Positions 52,112 to 63,824 of a stretch of 64,000 nt of DNA are shown here, in pieces (the first letter of the stretch is position 1; each line of letters opens with the position of its first letter). This DNA comes from Takakia lepidozioides. Taxonomy: Eukaryota; Plantae; Bryophyta. The stretch covers positions 2,728,001-2,792,000 of the forward strand of contig CM060733.1 in assembly GCA_030704615.1 (NCBI GenBank), given 5' to 3'. A model generated the notes under the pieces. The model made no database searches. It saw nothing but the letters and a program-made list of their open reading frames with translations, and was not told the DNA's origin. A program made the translations under genes and the position numbers.

Positions 52112-55100
52112 CTAAGTCCCAAGCAGCCCTCTAACATTACCCCTCCCCCTCTCAAAAAATCGTGTCCTCACGGTATACTGTTTGGGATTAGCAAACCTTT
52201 GTAAGCGAGCACCCTTCTGACAGTGAGAGTCTCGTGAAGGACTCCATGTGCGAGCCCGAGTCCTGTCACTGACTGCTGGAAATGATTGAGCACTACCTGG
52301 AAATGTCCGACCCTTCTTTGGCTGATAACGAGGTAACCTCTCAGGCATAGGAGATCCCCGTCGTTTCTTCACTGCCATCTGAAGTACATAGTCCTCTGCC
52401 ATGTCAAAAGAGTCATATGAAGAAACAGTAGTATCAAAATCCTCGTCCCCCCTTAGGTGTTTTAATGGCCGAACTTTAAGTGGAATCCTGTGTGGCATAC
52501 AATGTGGTCCCACCATGTCTGGAAGTTTAAACTGTACAACTTGTTGTAAGCGCTTGCAAGCAAAATTAATGAACGCCCTGAACTCCTTATCCGTATAGGT
52601 GAGAGGTGTGCCAATGACTTTGGAACAGTGTAAGTATTTCCAGGCTTCATGTCCCTTAAAGAAAATATCCTCAGGGCCAAATTTCTGTGTTGTCAAATTG
52701 TTCCAAGCTGAATTAAACCATGAACGAAGTTGGGAATCCTTTTGCATCATAACTTTTGCATCATATAGGTACATATGAGGTGGCATTGAAGGTAAGACCC
52801 AATGATCCCCACTGGAATAACTCAGAAATCATGATTGCATCTTCTGCTGCTCAATGTGATAGCGTGCCAGAAAATAAGCAGCATGGTATAATCCACAGCC
52901 CATGACAATACTGGATACCTCCTTGGTCTTGGTATAGATGTACCCATGTACAACCTAGAAGGCAATTAATTCTTTCAGCATGGTACCTGCTTCAGACCAG
53001 TACCTTGCAAAGGCTTGCAAAGGGATGATCCTCAATGGGTCGATTGTTCGGAAGAACCTTAGTCCGAGTTGCCACCGGCAACCAAATGCGCATCATCTGG
53101 TAGTAATGTGCCAACGACTGCGGAGGACTAAATTCCTTCCAAGCCAAATCCAGCACAATGGGAATTTGGTTGAAGGGCATAATCATAGCCCGACTGTACT
53201 CCCGTGCAGCAGAAGTCCTAAGTGGGTTAAAAGCAGCATCCCCCCATACCTCAGGCTGTGGTTTGGTTGTAGTAGCAACAGGGTCAGCTACCTGCACAGG
53301 CACCTGCTGTGATATTGGTACCACTGGCCCTTCTACCACTGGCATCTCCTGTACCCCCTGCGAAGAAGACTGAAAAATTAGAGTCCTGGCATGTGAATAA
53401 GTAGCCATCAGCTGCTCCTCAGGAACAAAGACTCTCTTGTCAATATTTGAACTCAAGTCATCCACTTGAGTTTGCAGGCCTTCCACGTCCTCCTGTAGCT
53501 CCACTATCATATTATAGACATTGTCTATAGTAATTGGGGCAATGTTCTGCACCTGCAATCTGAGCTCATTCATCTCGCCCTGGGTGAGCTTCCGTGGTGC
53601 TTTGCCTTCTACCGGTCCTTGTGCTAACCAGACCTACATAAGGTGGTTATCCACCAAGTCCTGTGTGGCACCCCTGAGAGTCTGCTCCTCCGTGAGTCTG
53701 TACACATCTAACTGCTGTTGTAAAGCCTCCATGCGCTTTGCATGAGGTTCAACCAGGCCTACATAGGCAGCAGCCAGATTATTGGCTTCCTTCCAAGCCT
53801 TGTTAGCCACAGAGAGTTCATTTCTATTGACCATGACTGTTTGTTGCAACTCCAGGATGTACCTCTCCTGGTCAGCCTCAACCTATCTGTATTGTTTGAA
53901 AGTATTCTCATTGCGACAGATTGTATCCTTCATATCAACAATGAGTTTCGCTTGCTCTATTATCTCAGCTTCTGCCCTTATACATCTCTCCCCTTGTCTA
54001 TTAACTTCTAATGCAGTTTGCTCTAGAGTAGTTGTGAGTGTAGCACATTGTATGGTCATCCTCTGATGTACTGCCTCCAACTCTGTATGTAGTACGTTCA
54101 CTTCTTGCAACTTGCCCTCATGCTTCACCTGCAATTGGTATAACTGTTGCTTATGTGCTTCATGCAATTGGTCCTGCTCGAGACATGCTTCAGTCAAATG
54201 TCCCTTGACCAACTGCAAGGCAACATTTGTGTCCTCCAACTCTTGCTGTAACTTGAGATTGACCTCCTCATCTACCTTGTTAGCACACTCAGTGGCAATT
54301 TGAGCCTCAAACTCCTTCCTGAGTTCCTCCCTCAAAGCTGCCAGTTGGGTAGATGGAACATGGGATTTCACATAAGTGCCCAACAAATTAAGTGTCCTGC
54401 TTATGGAACTCATAAGCATGGCCTGCTGGGGGTCATCATGGTGAACTTGCTGCCGTTCTCCCTGATCCTCCACAGTGTGATGCCTCACCAACCATTCAGG
54501 CCATTGCCCCACCAGATCCTCTTCCTGAACCACCTCATCCTCCACAGGTGCTGCAGTGTCATTATATTCTACCCCCGGTACCTCCGTCACATGTGTGGGT
54601 ATTACATGCACAGCAGGGTTTTCCCTGGACAAACGCTGCACCTCTGGAACCACTGATTCCCTTACCAAACCAGAGTTTTCATAGAGAAGGTCACCCTTCT
54701 CAATTTCGGCCACGACCTGCTCTATAGTGGGAATATCCAACCTTTCTCCGTCCAGAGCAATTGGGGGTGGTGTCACAGCATGTTCTAACTGCGGAACCTC
54801 TAAGACAATTGAGTCAACTGGCTGTGGTGGCTGTGGTATCAAATTGACTTTCTCTTCCCTTTCCGAAGGCCGTGCTTCCAATAATAACAGCCCTTTGTGC
54901 TGCTGTGCCCCATCCTGCACAAAAGCTTGGGAAACATCATCTTGCAGTTTCCGTGAAGCCAGTGGGTCCGCCACTACAGTCATACCCCGTTTTTGTCTCT
55001 TAGATTGGTGTTGCCCTGCCAGTCCACCCTCACTATGTGAAGAGCCCTGCTCTTCAATTGCAGTGGTTACTGCCTCAAACAGTCCCATCTCCTTACGTTC

Positions 55101-55693
55101 CCGAGTATCAAGTATGCAAGAGTCAAGAATGATTTGGGCAATGACTGGACCAGACACAATGATCGGAGACTTAGCAGCAGTGCCTTGTAACCTCTTCATC
55201 TCGTCGACCAGATCATTGTACATTAACTCCGCCCAAGCTACATCCTCTCCCCTCAAAGCTTTCAGGATCTCCTCTGTGAATGACCTGCTCAAATATTGTT
55301 GGTTCTGTTTCATGACAAACAGAACGTTCAATATTTGGCCAACTTCTCTGAGCCCTGGGTACTCGGCTTTGGTACAAGCATAACCTTGAGTCTTAAAGAA
55401 ACTCCCTTCTTGGAACAAATTCCCTATCTGGAATCTTGCCCTGTGCTCATCCACATCCACATGACCTGATGGCAAATCAAACAATTGCTGCAAGTAGTAA
55501 TTTCTATATCTACTCCCCTCACCGTCCGAGTCTCAAAGTTTTGAAGAAATTGAATCATATACTGCCAATGATGCAAGAACCAGTCCTTGCATAGCAAGCC
55601 CCTCCAATCGCAACTCCCTCAGCAGCTGCACTGCCTGCGGTGTAGCAATTGTTTGCTTCTGCAGAATCGTGGTGCTCTTCACCCTGATATCCT
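52112..55693 (-). pseudogene. Extra ORF downstream of pol, coiled-coil rich, frameshifted; function unknown
   Basis: Consecutive ORF pieces of 536, 71, 193 and 224 aa in the pol orientation, running up to the PPT; Q/E/L heptad-rich segment at about 53500-54350. Confidence 0.7.
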
Positions 55694-56471
55694 CCATTCC
55701 CCTCACTCTCTTCATTCTAGACAAACAAAAAGGCCTTGTTTGAAATAGCTGAAGGAAAGCTTGCAGGGCACAGAGCATAAAAGGTATGGTTGGCACAGAA
55801 TGGAACAGGTAAGTGCGTGTAAGCCTGTGGGGCTTGCAAGTATCGAGTGAGAGAAAATGTACTCTCAATTCGTCCGTCCTTGCGCCACTGCGTGAGAAGT
55901 AAAACGAGTGTGTAATCCGTTACATCCGCCATAGCTACAAAGCTAGTGCTTTGATTGCCCCTCCCATCGAGACACTGGCTATTCGGAGCCACCCCGACTC
56001 TTCTGCTCATAACACTTCTAATTTCTTGTTCTTGTTTCTTGGAGGGAACCACCTGCATGAAATTCTCACTCCTGATTGGCTGTTGCCTGCTTAGGTAACT
56101 TCTTAATTCCACCCCCCTCCGTGGACATTCCCACCTGGAATGTCCAGTAGGACAACACATGTGGCATAGGTCCATCTTTTCTATACTCGGAAAGGGTTCC
56201 GTTACCCTTGCTCTGAATGCATTATTGGGCCCACAAATAGTCTTAGGTGATGTACCGGATAGGTATTTTGACGGCCCGATTTGTCCTCTTGCATGATGAG
56301 ACCCACTCTTGTAATTTATGCAGTGCAGTGTGCTGCGCCTTAGTGGCCACGTGTCCATTTCTAGACATGCCCCCGACTTCCCCTCTCCGTGTGGCATATT
56401 CTCCGAGTTTGACTTCCAAACTTCTTCTTCACTTGACGGCCACTTTTCTGACGTTAACCCGCGTCCACCTA

Positions 56472-59245
56472 TCACTGACCCAATGGACTGTATAACTCGC
56501 ATGGGCTGTGACAGGCTGTGTCTAACTGTGGTGAACTGTGATAGGTTGTGTGACACTGTGATGGGCTGTGATAAGCTGTGTCATGCTGTGTTGGGCTGTG
56601 ATAGGCTTTGTCACGTTGTGATGGGCTGTGATAGGCTGTGTCACGCTGTGATGGGCTGTGATAGGGTGTGTGGCACTGTGGTGGGCTGTGATATCTATGT
56701 GAACACCTGTACTTCCCGCCCTGGTCATACATGCTCGGCTCAGCGATAAGTGCTCCATACTCTGTTGGTATCACTGGCGCAGCCCGTAACTGTTTTTGCG
56801 TTTCAACATGCAAATCGTGCTGCAATGATTTGTCATGGATACCACTGTACCCCTTCAACTTATTGGCATTGACTCTTCCCAGCATTTCTTTGTTAATGGT
56901 TTGTAACATGACGGTGTTATTATCATACATCTTCTGTATGACATAAGGTCCTTTCCATGGTGATTTAAGCTTAGAAGCTTTAATCTTCCCCTTCTTCTGC
57001 AACCACAGTACCAAATCTCCCGTCTTAAAAGTCTTTAATTTACCTTCATCAAACTGATCCTTCCTCTTCATCTGAATTCTGATCATGTTATCAGCTGCAT
57101 CAGCACGTACTTCTTCCACATGGTATAATTCATGTTTCCTGACCTTAATTGAATCTTCCAATTCCATTCTCCTTCCCCATTCAGTTCTCATGGTAGGTAA
57201 CAAGAATTCCACTGGAAGTAAAGCTTTCATACCATAAACTAATTGGAATGGTGTATACTTAGTGGTGACTTTATATGAAGTCTTGTATGACCACAAAGCT
57301 GTCAGCAGCTTTGTATCCCAATCTGTTCTGTTTGCATTGACTATCTTAGCCAAGATAGTACATAGTATTTTGTTGGTAGCCTCTGCCTGCCCATTACCCT
57401 GTGGGTAATATGTTGTACTCTTCCTATGCACAATCATGAACTCTTTAGTCAATAGTTCAATGGTCTCATTAATGAAGTGATTTCCCTGGTCACTGATAAA
57501 TTCCAGGGGACAGCCAAATCGTGTAAGGATGTTCTCATACAGGAACCTTGCTGTGGACTTGGTTGTGTTGTCCCTCAGAGATTTAGCTTTCACCCACTTT
57601 GTAGTATAATCAGTGGCTGTGATTATATACTTGTTCTGTGTATTCTTGGCTGGTGGGTTAATTGGTCCAACAAAGTCTAGTCCCCATTTCTGAAATGGTT
57701 CAGTAGGCATCGTAGGATGCAAAGTCATCTTTCCAGATCTCTGCAATGGTCCTAGCCTCTGACACCCATCACAACTCTGACAATACTTGTGTACATCCTT
57801 GAACAAAGTAGACCACCAGTAACCTACAAGTAGTATCTTTCTACTGGTAGTCTCTTCTCCAAAATGACCTCCAGCCACTCCTTTATGAACTTCCTCCAAA
57901 ACTTTATTTATTTCATGGTGGTACAAGCATCGTTTAAGTACTCCATCAGGTCCTAGCTTATACATTCTGCCCCCTACCATAGTATAAGGTAAAGCCTTGA
58001 TAGCGATTCTCTTCCTCTGCTCCTTTCCATAACTAGGTGGGCACTAACCATGAGTAAGGTAGTATCTGATTGGCCACTTCCAATCTAACCAGTCATCTGC
58101 ACTTCCCTGCACCTCCACCGCAAATAGACTCGTATCAGGTAATTGGTCGTCTACTCCTGTGGCGGGCTCTCCTGTTGATAGGCGTGACAAGTGATGTGCC
58201 ACAAGATGCAAACGGCCAGGCTTGTAAACAACTTTGAACTCAAACTCGTGCAAGATTATTAACCACCTTGCTATCCTTCCACTTATCAAGGGTTTGTTCA
58301 CCAGATATATCAGAGCCTGGTGATCGACATAAAACATAAACTTCCTTCCCAATAGGTAATGCTTGAATTTCTTGACTGCATAAATCATTGCCAGTGCTTC
58401 TCTTTCAATTGTGCTATAGTTCCTTTCAGCACTGTTCATCAACCTGCTAGCATAGTACACAGGTGAATCTATATGGCCTGTAACATTTTGGGCTAACACT
58501 GCTCCCAACGCTTCTCCTGAGGCATCACAGTGAACATGAAATACTACATGCCAGTGAGGGTTAATTAGCACAGGTGTAGTTGTTATTGACAATGTAAGTT
58601 CCTCAAAAGCCTTTTCACATTCAGCTGTCCATGCAACCACTGCATCTTTCTTCGGAAGCTTGCTCAATGGTGCTGCTATCTGTGCATACTGTCTGACAAA
58701 TCTTCTGTAATAACTGGTTTGTCCAAGGAATCTCCTTAGACTCTTAACATTTACTGGTGGTGGAGAGGCTTTAATGGCCTCTATCTTTCTGGGATCCACA
58801 AGAAGTCCCCTCTTACACACAATGTGTCCCAAAAGCACCCCCGTGTTCATATAGAAAGTACACTTCTCTGGATTCAGGCCCAGACCTCTCATTCTACATC
58901 TGGCCAAACATAACTCCAATTAATGCAAGTGCTCATTCTTAGAGCTGTACACACTGAAATCATCCAAGAACTCATGCATGAAATCATCCAGATACTCATG
59001 AAAAGATTCACTTATCACTCTCTGAAAGGTTGCTGGTGCATTACAAAGTCCAAAAGGCATGACTTTGTATACATAAGCACCCTAGTCTGTGATGAAAGTT
59101 GTCTTTCCCTGGTTTTCTTCTGCCACTTGCACTTGATTATAACCACTGAAGCCATCCATGAATGAGTACATCTCATGGCCTGCCACAGTGTCCAATACCG
59201 CTTCTGTGAATGACAAAGGGAAAAGATCTTTCTTCGTACAAGCAT
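56472..59245 (-). pseudogene. pol remnant (RT, RNase H, integrase) of the nested element
   Basis: DGFSGYNQ, MPFGLCNAPATFQR, FLDDF, HCDAS, GHFG...CDGCQR, WGLDFVGP, SDQG, GQAE, WKGPY. Confidence 0.93.
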
Positions 59246-60239
59246 TCAACTAACAAGGTGGAGCAGCCCAGAGAGGACGAGGTGCAGACCAAGGGCAAGC
59301 TCAACATGGCCAAGGACGCGGAGGTCAGGGTGGTGACCAAGGCATGGCCAACCGGCTTCAGCAGCTAGAGCAGAGGCTCGCTGCCATGGCCACAGCTTAG
59401 GTGGTACCGGCTCCAAGGCCGGATGGTCCACCTCCTGCTCCTGAGGGAGGAGACTTAGGAGGCATGGGATTCATGTGCGGGGCAGCACACTAGTGAGGGG
59501 TGCAACTACCACTACCACTACCACTATGGGGGGGGCTCCACTACCACTGGTGAGGGGTGCCACTACCACTACCACTGTGGGTGGGGCACCACTACCACTA
59601 CCACTATGAGCGGGGCAGCACTACCACTAGTGCAAGTGGACTCAGCTGCGGCATTGACTCGAAGAGCGGCACGAGTTCCTGAGCCACGGGGTGCGGAGGT
59701 GGAGTTGGATCCACAGCGTGGGGAGGCAAGCCGTCAAGCCAAGCTTTCTAAGTCATTCACATTAGCGGAGATAGTGTCGACACCATCTATGGCACCTAGT
59801 TCTCGCCCGATTGTTACCGAGGCGGAGGTTACTATGCCATTGGGGAGAGCTACACGGGTAGCACCACTACCTAGTGTTGCCAAGATTACGGCAGCTAATG
59901 TGCTGCTGGGGGCGGCCACAGCTGTGTGCCCGGCTCCATTGTTCTCGGCTACCATGATTGCGACGCCGGGGGTAAGACCAGCTAAGGTGTTCAGGCTGGC
60001 AGCCACACTCTGTGAGAGTAGGGAGGTTACTTCATCTTCTCCAGAGATAGTGGGAGGTGTAGTGCCGGAGGGATCCTCGGATGTGAGGGTCAAGACTGCC
60101 ACGGTGGTGCCATGGCAAGCTGCAGCTGCCAGGTTGATGGAGCTGTCAGCTAGGCCAGCCATTGAGCGCGCCATGGTGACACCTGGAGTTGTCATATTAG
60201 ACAACCAGGATGACATTTTCTGTTTGAGTGGACCGGCAG

Positions 60240-60560
60240 GCAAGAGGTACCGGCCACTGCGGGTCTTGTTGGACTCGGGAGCTTAGCCATTGATGTTGGG
60301 CAGACCTGCTATTGCAGGCTTGGGCCTCATGGAGGTGGATATGGAGTCGTGCCCTTTCCAGATACAGACATCTCTGGGAGGATCAGAGCAGGCTCGGGGC
60401 ATGACACGGCGTGAGTTGGGTATCCGACTACAGCCGGATCATCCTATAGATGGCTCAGTGATGAGAGCCAAGGCCATTGTGACAGACGCGGTCTCGTACG
60501 ATGTCCTTGTTGGTGAGGCAGTGTTGTACCCCATGGGCTTCACCCTGGATTTTTGGGAGA
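60240..60560 (+). pseudogene. Retroviral-type aspartic protease domain
   Basis: LRVLLDSGA*PLML...YDVLVG. Confidence 0.85.
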
Positions 60561-60970
60561 AGTCAGCTTCCTATAGGCCTGCATGGCAGTCAGGGGAGGG
60601 CCGACGTGTGCAGCTCCCTGTGACGTTCATAGGAGGAGTTGCGGTTAGTAAGCGAAGCAAGATGCCAACACTGGCCGCATTCACAGCTGCAGTGACTTGG
60701 CCTAGAGAAACTCATTCAGAGGATGTGTCACCTCCGGGAGAGCAAGATGACATGTATGGTATGGCGGAGTTGCCTGCCATGGTTGCTCACACTCCATTGT
60801 GGGGTTCGAGCAAGGATTTGCAGCGGGTTGTTGATTGTCGTGTGCAACAAGCCTGGGTAGAGGCTTTTGTACCGTCAGGAGAGGAGGAGAGTGCGGGGAT
60901 TGCACCAGGACCACCTCAGTTATCACCATTGGACACCACACCGATCGTGTGGCAGTGTCCGGATAAATGC

Positions 60971-61890
60971 ATTTGCCTTCTGGATTTGTTTGGCAGGATT
61001 AGCACCGGGTTGGCTGTTGTTCTACAGGCAAGTGTACGAGTACAACGTTACCTGTATGTGGAGAGGGATGAGACTGCACGACGCGTCTCCCTACGCCATG
61101 TTGCTCAGTTGGTGCAGCAGTACCCTGAGTTGTTGTCGGTGTCTGCAGTTCGTGGATATCAGCAGGCCTTGCCAGCAGACATTTTGTTGCTGGGGGCGCA
61201 GGATTTGGAGCGGGTTGGCTCCATTGATTTGGTAGTGGCAGGTTGGCCCTGCTAAGGGCATTCATCAGCCGAGCATGGCAATGGATTGTGAGACTCGAGG
61301 TCGGGTCTGTTTTGGGAGATGGTGCGGGTTTTGCGCCACTTACAGCTTCAGCAGGCTGTATCTCTAGCATACATCTTGGAGAATGTGGCACTGATGGGCG
61401 ATTCTTGGGCCAGGGTGATGGCCAGTGTGCATCAAGTCGGGTCGAGGCTTAGGTCAGCAGTGTTGCTGGATGCAGCTGCAGTGGGGTCACGGGCTCATCG
61501 TCCACGGTTATGGTGGACTAACTTGATGCCACCCGCACTCCTCAAGCGTGCATTACAGCGGCCAACACACCTCACAGTGGATAACATTTTGGACACAGGC
61601 AGGCAGTCTCAGTGTGTGAGACACGATGATAGTTCGCCTTTGGCAGTGGTTAACAAGATGGGTCAACCACGAGCAGCACTACATACACTGCTCAGCTTCC
61701 TAGGATCGCATGCTTTCTAGGATAGTGGACCTGGCCTCCTGTGGGATGCTCAGTTGCAGCAGTTAGTGGAGCCTAATGCTGATGAGCGAGAGAGGGCTAT
61801 GGGTTTTTCCACTGGGACCACGGCGGTGCCTTCTCTTTCTGAGGCATCACGTCGTCAGGTGTTGGGGCAAGCGATGGATCTCAATTGCTT
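60971..61890 (+). pseudogene. DNMT3-like DNA (cytosine-5) methyltransferase domain inside pol
   Basis: I LDLFGRISTG; II YVERD; III ADI; IV DLVVAGWPC; V SGLFWE; VI YILENV; VIII SRAHRPRLWWTN; IX ERERAMGF; X RRQVLGQAMD; single frame with 3 in-frame stops. Confidence 0.92.
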
Positions 61891-62839
61891 GATCTGGATT
61901 ATCAGCTTGGCTATGGCTGAGCAACGTAGAGTGAAGAGTGCACTTCTGTTAACGGTCTCTCTGCCTACCGAGACGGTACAGGCAGTGAGTGGGGGCGAGC
62001 CGGTGAGGACCACGGGATATAGACATCCATGGTACACGTGGGAGGTGCTCGAGGTTCATAGGGAGTTGGCAGCCAAGGCGGCTGTGATGGATGTGGTTGG
62101 GGATTCTTCTCGGGTTGAGGAGGTCCTCAACGATGAGATGATGGGGCAGGATGAGGCCTTGTCATTGACTGAGCAGGCAGGGAGTACTGCTCATGAGGTT
62201 GCGGCATAGCAACCACGGGACGCGTCTCCTACCTCTAAGTCTGCTGGACTTAAGGTTGCAGTTACGGAGGACAATTGGGAGCCTGACATTGGACCCATTG
62301 TCACTAGAGGAGAGAGACGACGTATACGGCAGTTCCTGAGGGCTTACAGGAATTGCTTTGCCTCTCGTGCTACGGTGGAGGAGCAGGAGAGACATGTTCA
62401 GGTTGTGCATCGACCGGGTTTGGCCAATAGGGATGCGGATGGATTGAGTCGCAATCCATGCACGAGCTTGCAGGATGACATTGGAGCTCGGTGGCATGGT
62501 GAGGCGGACGAGGAGATGGTACGGGGATGACATGCATCTGCCTTTTTGTGTATCTTGGCATCGGGAGGTCAGGTTGGACCTACAACAGGGATGACTGTAG
62601 ACGGAGTGTCTGAGGACCTTGAGGCTAGTGATGAGCCAGGTGGTGCCAGAGATATACATGAGGATTCGGTTGTGTTGGACTACCTCCGCACTGGAGACAC
62701 GACAGCTAGTGTGACTACCAAAGAGAGGAATCGGATCCTACAACGAGCCAAGAGGTTCAAGTGGGAGGGGATGCATCTGCTTCGAGTGTGGGAGGATGGT
62801 CGAGTGAGGATCGTACCTCACCCAACACGGGGTGCACGG

Positions 62840-63400
62840 TTAGTGCGGCATGCCCATGAGGAGTTGGGGCATTTTGGAGTGCGACGCACTCATAGTTTAC
62901 TGCAGGGGCAATATTGGTGGCGTGGTATGCACACAGAGGTGCAACAGTTTGTGGCTAGGTACATGGTGTGTGACAGCCGGATTTGCCTACATCTCTTCGT
63001 AGGGAGGCTGCAGTAGTCCTCAACCTTGATGATCTGGATATGTGGACACAAGCATGTGCCCAGCGGGCAGAGTTGTTCAAGAGAGTCATGCCTATGGCTT
63101 TTGAGAATCTTGCTATTGCCCAACACCGAGACACATTGAGGTATGCCACTATACGCGGAGGGGGATATCGGCCAGGTGTTCGGCGTTTCCACCCTGGGGA
63201 CTATGTGTATATGCAGCAAACAACGCCTACAACCTTGGATGTCACAGCAGGACGTGTGATTCTAAGGGTCAGGGAGGTGTTGCCTTCAGGAGTGTTGATT
63301 CTAGAGGGTCGAGATGGCATGATATGGAAGGACCATGTGCGTAATTGTGCGCCATGTCACCTTCCACATGTGGATGGGAGGATAGATCCCAACCTTGCAG
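62840..63400 (+). pseudogene. Integrase remnant: zinc-binding N-terminus and C-terminal part, DDE core absent
   Basis: HEELGHFG...YWWRGMHTEVQQFVARYMVCD joined with a frameshift to PDLPTSLRR...AQHRDTLRY...FHPGDYVY. Confidence 0.85.
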
Positions 63401-63420
63401 TGCTACCTACAGGATTGCGT

Positions 63421-63556
63421 TGCATGTTATGTGAGCATGCTCGTGGTGCCGCCACTATGTTGGTGTGTGATCGATGCTCAAGAGGTTGGCACATGGGATG
63501 CTTGACACCACCTCTTGAGAGGGTTCCTGATGGAGATTGGTTATGTCTACACTGCT
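63421..63556 (+). pseudogene. PHD finger at the integrase C-terminus
   Basis: CMLC...MLVCDRCSRGWHMGCLTPPLERVPDGDWLCLHC, a complete C4HC3 pattern. Confidence 0.93.
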
Positions 63557-63824
63557 TGGGATAGTGGCAGTGGATATGACTAGTGGCAGCTCAAAAGACA
63601 TGGGAGGCCAAGCTCATAGGAGTCAATACACGAGATCCCAGGCTCAAGTTCATAGGTTGCAAGACGGCGATTAACGATGGGGCAACTCTTGTACCCGGCC
63701 TCTTGATCTATTGAGTTTGAATGTAGTAGGGACAGTGGTGGAGGACTTAGTGAGGCTATGGCCACTATCACATCTTGTGGCTACCTGGACTTAGTGGGAC
63801 CTAAGCACCAGCTAGGGGGGCGAT

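Larger units (their letters stand above)
51105..59255 (-). mobile_element. Nested non-chromovirus Ty3/Gypsy (Athila/Phygy-like), with 5' LTR, gag and PR deleted
   Basis: TSD AGGTG at 51100-51104 and 59256-59260; only TGTTAG of the 5' LTR remains; 3' LTR 51105-52136 (TGTTAGAGGGC...GCCGCTCGACA); PPT 52137-52153. Confidence 0.9.

Noticed and set aside
54727-55383. Long antisense ORFs opposite TE genes (also 59734-60243 and those opposite gag-pol)
   Set aside because: Shadow frames of real coding sequence.
60971-61890. Host DRM/DNMT3 gene or bacterial contamination as the source of the methyltransferase
   Set aside because: Intronless, in frame between protease and RT-flank sequence, and surrounded by plant TEs; the motif order is not DRM-permuted.
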